Below, in pieces: positions 48,001-57,600 of a stretch of 64,000 bases of DNA. Source of the DNA: a virus (Duplodnaviria; Caudoviricetes); IMG/VR virus record IMGVR_UViG_3300020576_002947, positions 128,001-192,000 of that record. One strand, written 5' to 3'. The notes under the pieces were generated by a model that worked only from the letters and a program-made list of their open reading frames with translations, had not been told where the DNA came from and did no database searches. The translations under genes were made by a program, and so were the position numbers. The stretch's first letter is position 1. The number at the start of each line of letters is the position of its first letter.

Positions 48001-49662
48001 GACTTAGCTGATGGTATTATTATAGCACAGAAGTGGTTAAACTTAAGAATAGGTAGTAAAAAATCAGGACCACTAAATGCTGCGGCAAGAGCATTCCTCT
48101 ACGATCCGACCAAACCATCGTCTGTTGCAGATAAAAGAGGTAGTAAAATATCTAGCCAGGCTATTGCTGGCGTAGAAATAAAAGCTACGGTAGCTTACTT
48201 TATGCCAGATACTTTTCTTCAAGAACAGGGTGATGATCTTACTAAAAAGATTTTCAAAGGTAACGCAGATGAGTGGTTTGAGCACTTTTATTTAACACTG
48301 GCTGAAGACAAATCAGGTACTTACGAAGATCTATCCAATAAACAGAAGTTTCAGGGACAGGGCGAGCTTTTTCTTACCCCTGCAGGTGCAGCTAAAGTTA
48401 AAGCTCAACAAAAACTTAAAGCTGGAAAACTGATTGAGTACGAAGGAATACCACCTATGAAAGATCAGTTAAGTAGAAAAGCCCAAATGTTTTACGGCAA
48501 ATGGTATTATGTTCTTAGCGAAGAAGAGTTAGTTTCTGACGCTAAACTTGTAAATACTGCTGGCTGGTTAAAAGCTATGCCAATAGGAATTACAACTCAG
48601 TATACCATGAATCCTACTGGTGGCGGTGCAAAGCAAAACATTGATATGATGATAAGTCTTGGTGAGGTTTTTGCTAAATCCACAGGAATTAATCAACTAC
48701 TTATCCACCATGCCAATGAGCTAGGATTAACGTCAGAAGAAGTTAAAACCAAAATGGAAAAACATAGGGCTAACTTCCAAAAAGCTGTTAGCACTGGTGA
48801 TGATAAAGCCTTAAAAGGTCATATTACTGCAATGCTTGAGGACTTTGGATTAATGAAAGAAGAGGTAGAAGAAATAGATGAACAAGGGGTAGTAAGAAAA
48901 GCATCAGCTTGGGTTTTTGGCAAGCGTGATGAACGGGGTAATGCTGCGTTAGCGGATACCACAGTAATCTCACTTACAAATGTTGCAGAACACCTAGTAG
49001 CAAGAGAAACTTGGGATGAGAACTTGCAACGCTTAGTTATAAAAGGTGCTGAGTCAACCCAAGTTATGAAAGGAGGTTTAATGAGCCAGGATGTAATCAA
49101 TAAAATCTTTGGTGATGGTGCTGTTAAAGCATTTGACCTTTTCTCAGTACTTGGACGTGATGGTGAGGAAGGTTTAATAAAGAGCTTCGCAAGAGAGCTT
49201 AATCCTGGTGTGGTAACACTTACTGATAATATGATTGCACAGGCACGGCAAACACTGCAGGTTGGGTTTGTTGCAGTTGCTCAGCAGGAGTACACGGGAG
49301 CTGCGGAAAAGGCTACTGAGCACCTAAGATCGCAGCTAGGCCTATTAATGGATGCTAGACTTGAAATTCTTGATGCTATTAGTGGGGGTCAGATTATACA
49401 GGGCTTAGGTAGTATCAAAAAAGAAACTCACCAGCTACAAGCAATAGCCCATAGCATAGGCCTAGCAAGTCAAGCACAAAAACTTGGTACTATAGGTAAA
49501 GAATTAGAGGGCAAATCTGAAAACATGCTCCACTATCTAATGAAGAGTACTCCTGCTAATGGTAAGCTAGCAATAGCTATGGCCGCCACAGCAGCAACTG
49601 CTACAGCCTTTGCGATGAGAGGAAGAGTACAGGCTAAAAGAGAAGAAGCTCGTACCAGGTAG
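45004..49662 (+). CDS. Putative single-chain two-barrel (DPBB) RNA polymerase-like giant protein (1552 aa)
   Basis: beta'-like: VLTVENPAL and FAQLAIDNDGDVIQLSV (D240/D242/D244). beta-like: KATVAYFMP, DAKLVNTAGWLKAM (K1181/K1190), NIDMMISLGEVFAKSTGINQLLIHH. Ala-rich hydrophobic C-terminal helix. Confidence 0.6.
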   Translation: MFPKRSNDTDDYKGLSKKQGSIKGLESIRLDFKLKEFWVTQKTKDAMAKDVANSLNTLSGSTIHYKTLPDNSRPQWVDTLSNLSDSLNGLARFSTSQIMGALDNSINATKDMILEASKVYLMFNPQMHKRNGELTFTGQVMGRIYDVHKASFQTEATKNALEAAWNLMNPKSGKYEMVSFQAKVLTVENPALISEMLYGTKGGLKDMPDFSDLLGTIVKGRDGQLLFVTDARVFAQLAIDNDGDVIQLSVLKKVGESITTSAEFAFYQKSPGLRTNGGVRLLNGLLSQQLSGAAIDAAVTDPVTKRQLELKRLKATTDLTLYARQRFFGAQLDAFGLNTTNTPESPYKGTMDYRYSKSDLLKTGAGLITTGANGRSQFPDIKEIFAFEEGGVKFIGDDALSPQALPSGVRSILRGASRGKEVAFWEGYRGKDLSNKMYAQEYAFGGYAKKQAMKELIPQVRSNKQVGLLTNMVWVKEVSEIMQSMTDKGDLNNMIDQLDTAFLKAVSDHVSSGDIDPKALAKIRESAGMLATITSKLGLGDRRFKVLELQALKAGIGGKAQTIGADASLVWGEEAQRVFTESASLYLTKSKYFSGMSVTQLSEVLEDMMTGNSRYLKSVGPDFITQMTNPFGSVLSSFESGGDGAVTREVKPRESKIRTDYSKAALEKRAQSRPLAHVLDRNGAKKTKGALDYLIEAGILEVHRFDMSAETIGAENLGQLQRMAGQNPVSSVTIVQRDAAGGYRSWGSNPGIQATDTAARQAQLLENSVWRPTVMLANANGLAFDNTTPPEDIIPLFLDPLEAVRKATENVSGIIGLETQQKGGKGVKTHYRFNIGDFSGAAINNDGMPEASGITLKSFKDDEKLLENALRGYSSKKDFDNGDIKKILNLDVESEINRKGLMDYAKNLLNRALNENDKEAEIKFKRLVTGGFMRSYAGQSFERKFNAAVASVAGELAHQTTLTVQPGGGVGLGINQNSDVWSRGSITITNEYGDIVDERDLADGIIIAQKWLNLRIGSKKSGPLNAAARAFLYDPTKPSSVADKRGSKISSQAIAGVEIKATVAYFMPDTFLQEQGDDLTKKIFKGNADEWFEHFYLTLAEDKSGTYEDLSNKQKFQGQGELFLTPAGAAKVKAQQKLKAGKLIEYEGIPPMKDQLSRKAQMFYGKWYYVLSEEELVSDAKLVNTAGWLKAMPIGITTQYTMNPTGGGAKQNIDMMISLGEVFAKSTGINQLLIHHANELGLTSEEVKTKMEKHRANFQKAVSTGDDKALKGHITAMLEDFGLMKEEVEEIDEQGVVRKASAWVFGKRDERGNAALADTTVISLTNVAEHLVARETWDENLQRLVIKGAESTQVMKGGLMSQDVINKIFGDGAVKAFDLFSVLGRDGEEGLIKSFARELNPGVVTLTDNMIAQARQTLQVGFVAVAQQEYTGAAEKATEHLRSQLGLLMDARLEILDAISGGQIIQGLGSIKKETHQLQAIAHSIGLASQAQKLGTIGKELEGKSENMLHYLMKSTPANGKLAIAMAATAATATAFAMRGRVQAKREEARTR

Positions 49663-49672
49663 TACGAGCTTC
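49645..49672. terminator. Hairpin between convergent genes, probable (bi)directional terminator
   Basis: Perfect 11-bp stem GAAGCTCGTAC/GTACGAGCTTC, 6-nt loop; TTCTCTTTT follows on minus and ATTACTTT on plus. Confidence 0.7.
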
Positions 49673-49678
49673 ATTACT

Positions 49679-50113
49679 TTAAATATTAAGTCCTAATCCC
49701 CACTTGAGATTAAACTTCCTAGCAGCTTCTCGGCTAGCCTTCCACGGATCTTTATACTTCCCACTCCAGATATCCTTTGGAAACTGGAATTTACCAATAG
49801 ATTCAGCATTTGCAAGATAATTCTTTAGTACTTCTGAGTATTCAGAGATTAGTAAAGTTAGACTTAGAACCAAAGCCTTTGCCTGCTCAACTTCGCCTTT
49901 TGCGATGAGATCTGATAGTCTTAGTGCTGTTTCTAAGATCTTGTTTAAAATTGCTTTATGGAAAGCTTCAATTTTTTCTAGATCTTGGTTAAATCTCTTA
50001 GACAATTGATTAGCTGAGAACCCGCTTAAAAGCTCAGCCGCTTTAGAAAACTCCTTTTGAACTACTAGAGCATCTATTTTTGAAAAAAGATCGTTCATTT
50101 TAATACCTGCCAA
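49679..50113 (-). CDS. Hypothetical helical protein (144 aa)
   Basis: ORF in the operon, converging on the plus-strand giant gene. Confidence 0.6.
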   Translation of the reverse strand: MAGIKMNDLFSKIDALVVQKEFSKAAELLSGFSANQLSKRFNQDLEKIEAFHKAILNKILETALRLSDLIAKGEVEQAKALVLSLTLLISEYSEVLKNYLANAESIGKFQFPKDIWSGKYKDPWKASREAARKFNLKWGLGLNI

Positions 50114-50120
50114 TAAACCC

Positions 50121-50663
50121 CTAGAGGTTTTTTATTGTATAACGTTCTTTCATTAAATTTAATATAGTATCTATTGTATTTGGTCCCACTTCTACCTCAA
50201 TAAATGGAATGTTAAATTTAATTAAAATCGTTCTAATTTCGCTATCAAGTTCGATAGCCTCAGCTTCAGACTGAGTTCTACCATACTCTAAATAAGGATG
50301 CTCTTTTAGATTCCTAACCAGAAGAATATTGAAATTATCAAACTCATTAAAGAGTTCAACCATAAGAGTCTCAAAAGCATCCCTTTGCTTATCATGCTGG
50401 TACATGATACCAGTTATAATAGGAGAGTCACTAACTATTACATCGAGCTGGTCCTTTTTAATATAAACATCCTTCCATTGAGTCATGCTTATCCAAGGTT
50501 GGCACTCATTAAGCTCCTTAAATCTATGCTCCCATGTTAGCTGCTTTGCAAACTCAGGAACTAGTTCACTAAGGACCTTTCTCTCCTTTAAATGTGTTGA
50601 TAAGGCTAAACCGTAAGTTGACTTACCAATACCAGGACCACCAAAAAAATTTACTACTACCAT
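50121..50663 (-). CDS. P-loop kinase/ATPase (NadR/AAA_28-like nucleotide kinase family)
   Basis: N-terminal VVNFFGGPGIGKST, EFAK, VIVSDSP, GRTQSEAEA. Confidence 0.8.
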   Translation of the reverse strand: MVVVNFFGGPGIGKSTYGLALSTHLKERKVLSELVPEFAKQLTWEHRFKELNECQPWISMTQWKDVYIKKDQLDVIVSDSPIITGIMYQHDKQRDAFETLMVELFNEFDNFNILLVRNLKEHPYLEYGRTQSEAEAIELDSEIRTILIKFNIPFIEVEVGPNTIDTILNLMKERYTIKNL

Positions 50664-50677
50664 ATAATTAATATACT
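50664..50677 (-). promoter_or_regulatory. Candidate promoter motif AGTATATTAATTAT
   Basis: Exact copy of 32317-32330; directly precedes the ATG at 50663. Confidence 0.35.
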
Positions 50678-50975
50678 ATACTGGAGGCTCTTCAACAGGC
50701 TCTTCTGGGACCGTAGACTGCCCAACAATAGCCATAAATTGACTAACTGAAGCCTCGCCTGCGGCAGCAGCTTGACTTCTAATCATGCTAGTAGCAACTT
50801 CACTACCCTGCTTTACAAAGAACTCTACAGCAGCTTCCATAGGATTCTGACCTTGGTAGTTTAGGTATTGGATGACGTAATAAAGGATGGCATCTGAGAT
50901 AGGTGCGGCAAGAGTAATAGTATGAGACTGCTCATTTCTATTGTCTTTGATTGTGATTTCAACTGTATCGTTCAT
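50676..50975 (-). CDS. Hypothetical protein (99 aa)
   Basis: TAATG-coupled ORF downstream of the fibre genes. Confidence 0.6.
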   Translation of the reverse strand: MNDTVEITIKDNRNEQSHTITLAAPISDAILYYVIQYLNYQGQNPMEAAVEFFVKQGSEVATSMIRSQAAAAGEASVSQFMAIVGQSTVPEEPVEEPPV

Positions 50976-51139
50976 TATTGTGGTACCGTAATTGTGTTTT
51001 GAATTGACTCATGTAGTTGTTGCGGATCAAGTAGAAGACCTGTTGATTTTAAGTAGAGTATTCCAATGAGAATGCTTGCGGATATTAGCCATAATAACCA
51101 TCCAAGACTTTTCTGAGGCTTGTAGTCTGGATCATACAC
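50975..51139 (-). CDS. Small single-pass membrane protein (54 aa), below the ORF-track cutoff
   Basis: Hand translation from GTG 51139: MYDPDYKPQKSLGWLLWLISASILIGILYLKSTGLLLDPQQLHESIQNTITVPQ*. It fills the gap exactly and has a TAATG overlap with the next gene. Confidence 0.65.
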   Translation of the reverse strand: MYDPDYKPQKSLGWLLWLISASILIGILYLKSTGLLLDPQQLHESIQNTITVPQ

Positions 51140-51643
51140 TTAGGTCACCTGTACTCCTCTTCTTCTGGGAGTTTCTCCCCCTCCACCACCCCAATCCTCT
51201 GTTAGGAGGACATCAGAGTCGTCTAGAAGTCTAAATTCAGCCATCTTAGCCTTCTGCTCTATACACCCAAAGATCGAAGCTCTCATTGAGAATCTCCAAT
51301 ACTGAGCAGCAATCCCTGGTGTTGGATTTTTAGTTTCTCCCGTATATGTACAACCTAAAGGAGAAGGAGCCATACCCATTGAGATAGAAGTCCAAGAGCT
51401 TCCGTCACTAGAGTACTCCAAGACCCTTGTTACGGGCTCATTAAACTCAATATAAGTAGATACTGTGGCTACTGTTGGTGGTGAGGACCCAAGATTCCAT
51501 ATCGCACAGATCTCAGCGTTGTGAATCTCATCACTTTTGATGACTTCATGGTAAGTAGCATTACTACTGTCGGTTAAGACGGTACTATCTACTAGTGTTC
51601 CATTATCTACAGCTAACTGGTAGCCTTCAGCCCATTTTGGCAT
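51140..51643 (-). CDS. Discoidin/F5-8-type carbohydrate-binding-like protein associated with the tail fibre
   Basis: WNLG, VLEYSSDGSSWT, AQYWRF, MAEFRL; Gly linker plus RRR tail; TAATG-coupled to the fibre gene. Confidence 0.55.
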   Translation of the reverse strand: MPKWAEGYQLAVDNGTLVDSTVLTDSSNATYHEVIKSDEIHNAEICAIWNLGSSPPTVATVSTYIEFNEPVTRVLEYSSDGSSWTSISMGMAPSPLGCTYTGETKNPTPGIAAQYWRFSMRASIFGCIEQKAKMAEFRLLDDSDVLLTEDWGGGGGETPRRRGVQVT

Positions 51644-54600
51644 TACTGTTCTTCAATCTCCAGGTAAACGGTGAACTTAGCATGTGTAGCATCAAGTGCG
51701 GTGAAATTAACTCTCAGCCATGCATCCGATGCTAATGTTGTTGTTGAGAAGGTTGTGGTGCTTGCTTCGTAAGTTGAGCCACCAGATAAGCTAACATCAC
51801 CACCAGTATGAATGTTGGTAGCAGAGAAAGCACCAGTTCCATTATAGTACTCACAACGTACTGTCGTAGTTCCAGCAGAAGCCGTATTAACTCTTACTCG
51901 GAGTTTCTTAGGTGTCCAGTTAGTTCCAGCATCAGCAAGCCTTGGAATAGGAATTTGAACGTCGTCTGCACCTGAAGCAGTAGGGGTATAGGCTGAGAAG
52001 AAGACAAGAGTTCTACGTTCTTTCTTAGCACTAATCTGCCCCTGTAGTTTTCCAATACCCTGTAATACTGTATCACCAGCAACTACTACTGAGTTGGATG
52101 AAGAGAGACCAGTTAATGTACAAGCTCGTACAGTTGCGTCGAAGTCACTAATCTTACTGGCTGTTAGTGTTGGAATATCTCCAGCAACCAAAGCTCTAAA
52201 TGCAGGAACTGCTGAAGCTCCTGAAACAGGACCAGCAAAGACCAGTGAGCTAGCTTGATTAGCCCAAGCTGCTGTAAGAGTTCCAGATGAGGTAACGGGA
52301 GAACCTGTTACTGAGAACTGTGCAGGAAGCGAAAGAGCAACTGATGTAACAGTTCCTGTGCCTGCGGGAGTCTGCCAAGTACCATCACCTCTTAGGAACT
52401 GGGCACTTGTACCTACTGTTAAGGCACTAAGGTTTCCTGTAGCATCAGCCAGAACAACCTTATTACCCGTACCAGTAAAACCAGTTACGTTGATTGTTCC
52501 GGTAGAGAGAATTCTCATTCTCTCAGTAAGGGTTCCTCCTGTTGCTGTATAGAATACTAGACTTGCAGCGTCTTCGTTTGTTCCAATCTGAAGTGCCTCG
52601 ATTTTTGCATTTTCCTTAGGTGCAGTTGAACCAGCCCACCATGAGATTTTTCCAATCGTGCCACCGTCAGCAATAGCATTGGAGTCAGTAAACATCTCAA
52701 GGATAGGATAGACGGACGCTGTGTTTCGAATTTGCAGTCCGTTGTAACCAGAACCTGACAGAATAGTGTTGAGGTTGAATGTGAACGATGACCCGCCAAT
52801 GATGGTGTTCATCAGCCTGGTGTTTCCAGCATTAACCCACAAACTCCAAGGATTCGTCAGTGTGACATTTGTTCCAGCAACTGGAGGACCGCTTATGTAG
52901 GTGTTTACAGCATTTGTGTAGGTGACTGCTGAGTTAGTAGCAGCCAAAACTCCACCGCCAAATGAGTTGATGGTGTTCAGGGCAACAGTTGTGCTAGATG
53001 CGGTGCTAGTATCTGTAAAGATTGCACTGCCAAACCTAGCATTGATGCCATTTGAACCCCACGCCGTGCCAGAGTTGTTCCTAGCAACAAGAAAATTGAC
53101 TGGCACGGCTGATGTTCCAATCATGACGGGATTCTGGAAAAAGTTTCTCGCCCCAATACCAACTGCGTAACCCTCATAAACGCCCCAGACGTTCGTCGGG
53201 TAGGATGCTGTACCCGTTCCGACAATCTGCAATCCATACGAGTTGGAAATTGTGAAAGTTGCTGGATTAGTAAAATCAGTTAGTACTCTGACTCCATATG
53301 AGTTAGTTACAGTACCAGAACCAGTTGCGGCACTAGAAGCACCATGAATAAAGTATCCAGAGTAGATGTTGGAGAATATTCCAGCATGGGTAGATGTAAC
53401 TATCTTACAGTCAGAGTATACCCCAGCTATTACACCAGATATAGTCTTACCGGAGGCTACAGAACTATTAGAAAGGCTAAACCATCCACCATACTGGTTA
53501 GTAGCTGAAGTATCATTATAAGTGCTATTTACGTAGCTAAGGAAGCCATAATGTGTTCGTGCTGTAGTTGTGTTGTGAGTTGGAGTGGCAGAGAACTGAC
53601 CACCAGCAACAGCTACATCAGTTCCAGAGTTACCAACAGTTAGTTTTGAGGTAGCTGAGGTGCTTCCGAGCCCAACAAAACCAGCATTATTAACCGTAAA
53701 GATACTCGTTGTATCACTATTAGTTATCCTAAGAGCATCTGTGGAACTAGTATTCCCATTTCCCTGTATCTGTACCCTATGACTTCCGCTAGGCACAAGA
53801 CCAAAGCCAGTCATTCCAGCACCATCGGTATATACTGCGTTAGCATTTGCATCTGTAGCTACATTAAATGCAATTGTATTAGTAGTTGTACCAGTGGTTG
53901 ATACTTGAAGACCGTGCCTATTACTAGTACCTCCTGAGTGTCTAATAATAGCAGCGTAGTTTGCGTCACCTGCTGTCCTGGTAGCTGTAAACTGTCCTAT
54001 TGCAGCTACTACACCATCGTTTCTACAGGTAAAGTAAGCAGCTCCTGAATCAGGCCACACTCTTAACCCAAAACCACCTGAAGTAGCATCCGTACCAGTA
54101 ATTGTTAGTCTAACACCAGAGGATAATGCCCCTCCAAAGCCAGCCTCAGTACCATTAAATTGGAAGTTTGCATTCGTACTTAGACCACTAGAAGTACTGT
54201 TATAAACAAAGCAACCATCGAGTAAGCTCGAAAGATTTAACCCTGTGATAGTTGGGGTGTTTGGAAGTGAGAACGTTAGTCCTGTGGCGTCTTCGGTAAT
54301 GGTGATTTGATCAGTAGTACCAAAGAAGTTCTTTTTGGTAAAAGTGTCAGTTCCTGTCTGAAATACAGCACCGCTTGCAGTGTCTAGACCTGCCAATGCG
54401 GTTAGTGTGGAGTCTAAGCCTTGTGCATCACTAATACCGTATCCTGCTAGAGTAGTTGGAACACCAGAAGTAATATCTCCCCATGCGTGTACATGCGAGC
54501 TAGGGGTAAATGAGGTTGGAACACTTGTTAGAGTAGACCACGGTACATCAGTAATTCCATACCCAGCAAGAGTTGTAGGAACACCCGACGTAATGTCAGA

Positions 54601-57600
54601 CCAAGCATGGACGTGTCCAGTGGCAGAAATGCCTGCTTCTGCCAAAGTATTGTTGATCCAAGCAGTACCATTCCACTTGAGGATTTCGCCCGATGAGTTT
54701 GAAGTGATCGTAACGTTGGAGTGAGAATCCAACGTATGAGCAGCGGGGGTAAAAGATGAAGGAACTGAGGTAAGCTGTGACCACGCAATACTCAAAGCCG
54801 CCTGATGCTGCGTGACGTTCGATTGAGCAATTCTTGCGTCAGCAAATGTGCCAGTTGTGATTTTAGCTGTGTCAAGGTTCGGAACGTCTCCTGAGCTGAT
54901 GGTGCTGAGGACGATATTGGTTCCGTCGCCTCTTAGGAAGCTTCCTGATGTTGCTAGCCCGTTAACTCTGAATCCAGAAACTGCGTCAACAGCAGCTCTG
55001 AATGTCATGTTTTTGTCAAAATCCCAATAAAAGTCGTCTCTTGCTCCTGCGGGATATCCTCCATACCAATCCATTCGGTAAATGTCAAGATTGTTGGAGG
55101 GATAGGTGCCGTTCCAGGTTGGAATGAAAGTGACCCTTACATATTTGTAGTGGACCCCTGGTGTTGGACTATAACGCCAAGGAATTGTCGCGTGGCTAAC
55201 GAAGAAGTGCCCTGGCCAAGTGCTTGCCGTGTTGGTGGGTCCAGCATGTGTTACCCAAGTCACATTGTCTTCTGATTTTTCAATCAGAACCGCAGCAGAA
55301 TGTCCATTCGTTGATGTGTACGCATAAAATGCATTGATATACACGTAGTTGCTTTTATAGTCGCCAGCACTTTTGCTCCACGTGAACCTGATGCCGTACT
55401 TGCCATTCGCCAATGTGATGGCGCTTCCTGTGCCGCGACCAATGACGTTGTTTTTCATAGCAGCCCCTGATGGAGAGGTTGCATGGGCGGTCCACACTGA
55501 TCCATCAGTGCTTTCTTCGATAGACATTGGGAGATGGAATTTAAGCTTGTTATCAAACTGACCGTCAACGACAGCCGCTTCTAACGCCGAAGGAGAACCT
55601 AAGTTGCCCCTCAGCAAGCTGTTGTTTACTGGAGGAATGCTCTGAGCCAAAGGCACTACGCCTGAGGTCAAGTTCGATGCGTTCAGGGCCGTGAGTGATG
55701 TGCCAATTCCTGCGAATGAGTTGGCGGTCATCGCGCCAGAAATGGTTACTGCTGATGGAAGACTAATTGTTGGGTTGCCAGAAACACCATCGCCATTCGT
55801 GATAGTGATCTGGTTGGTGGTGCCTGTTAAAGTCCTCTTGGTAAACGTATCAGTTCCAGTTTGTACAACAAGTCCTGCTGTGGTGTTCAATCCAGCCAAA
55901 GCTGTAAGAGTTGCATCAAGACCTTGTGCGTCAGTTATTCCGTACCCTGCTAAGGTTGTGGGAGTTCCTGTAGTGATATCAGACCATGCGTGAGTATGAC
56001 CAACAGCACTAATTCCTGCTTCAGCCAACGTATTATTGATCCAAGCACTTCCATTCCACTTCAGAAGCTCTCCTGAGGAGTTGGAGGTGATGGTTACGTT
56101 AGAATGACTGTCAAGAGTATGAGCCGAAGGTGTAAAATCAGCAGGAACGCTAGTAAGATCGCCCCAAGGAACACCAGTCTGCCAAGTTTTATCTCCTTTC
56201 CAATACTGCCCTGAAGTCCCAGCAGTGATAGTGCTTTCTTTATTGTCGAGCTGTCCTTGTGCTTTACCAAAGGCAGTTAGCACTGAATCAGCAGCAGTAA
56301 TAGCTGTATTGGAGGAAGCAAAACCAGTTAGTGTAGTAGCTCGTACCCGTGCGTCTGTAAAATAAAGGTTTCCACTTTCTGTTACCTGAGCAGTGGTGTA
56401 ATCTCCAGAAGAAGCTACAACTGTACCAGTTCTTCCAAAAACAGAAGAAACACCAGAGATCATCGAGGAAATATTGCCAGAAAGCTTTTGGATAGCAGAT
56501 AAGATGCTATCTGCGCTGCTTACTGTGCCACTAGCTGCTGAATAACCTGTTAGGGTTGCTGCAATAGCCCTAGCGTTAGTGAAGTAGAGATTAGTATTCT
56601 CTGGAACAGCTAGGGTATCAAGAGTCTGATTAGTTCCATCTCCTCTTACGTACTGTGCAGAAGTTCCTAGTGTGAGAGCAGAAAGATCACCAGTAGCAGA
56701 AACCTGTACGAATCTACTTCCAGTTCCAGACAATCCAGTAACATTTACTGTCCCTGTGCTGCCAATTCTTAGCCTTTCGGATAGTGTTCCACCAGTTGCA
56801 GTTCTGAAGATAATATCAGAAGCATTTTCAGTAATCCCTGCTGCAAGGAACTCAATTCTACCCATCTCAACAGGAGCGCCATAACCACCCCAAGCACTAA
56901 TCTTACCAACTACACCACCATCTGGGATAGCTGTTGTAGCCCTCCAGAATTCAAAGGTAGGTTCAATTGCTGTACCTCCTCTAATCTGAACTCCAGTAGC
57001 TCCGCTTCCTGCTAGAACATTAGTATTGGGGGTAGTGGCGTCAAAAACACTACTTGTTCCAACAAATAAATCACCACCAAATCTAGACTGCCCTGTGTAG
57101 GCATTGAATGTCCAAGGGTTTGTTATGGTTACGTTTGTACCAGAAGTAGGAGGTCCTGCGATATACAGGTTGTAAGCATGAGTGTAAGTTACTCCAGTTG
57201 CTGTAGACGCTAGTGTTGGAGTAGCGAAACTATTTGCTGCATTATGTGTTACTGTTGCACCAGCTACGGTGCTAGTGTCAGTCAGAGTACCATTTTGTAC
57301 TCTGAACAGCATTCCATTAACACTCCAAGCAGCTCCAGACATGGATTTGGAGATAACAAGTGCTGCTGATCGTGTTGTGGTTCCAATCTGAACTGGAGAT
57401 GCGAAATAATTGGCAGCATTTGCTGCTGTACCATATGCCTCGTATACACCCCAAAGGTTTGTTGGATAGCTCGTAGATCCATTGGCTACAATATGCAAAC
57501 CGTAAGAGTTAGCTATTCCCAAACTAGTAGGAGCTGCAAAGTCAGTAAGTACTCTTACTCCATAAGAAGAGGTGATCGCACCGCTACCAGTAGCTGTAGA

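Noticed and set aside
44940-49680. Plus-strand giant gene as a recombinase-invertible segment
   Set aside because: No matching inverted repeats found at the two ends and no recombinase gene in the window
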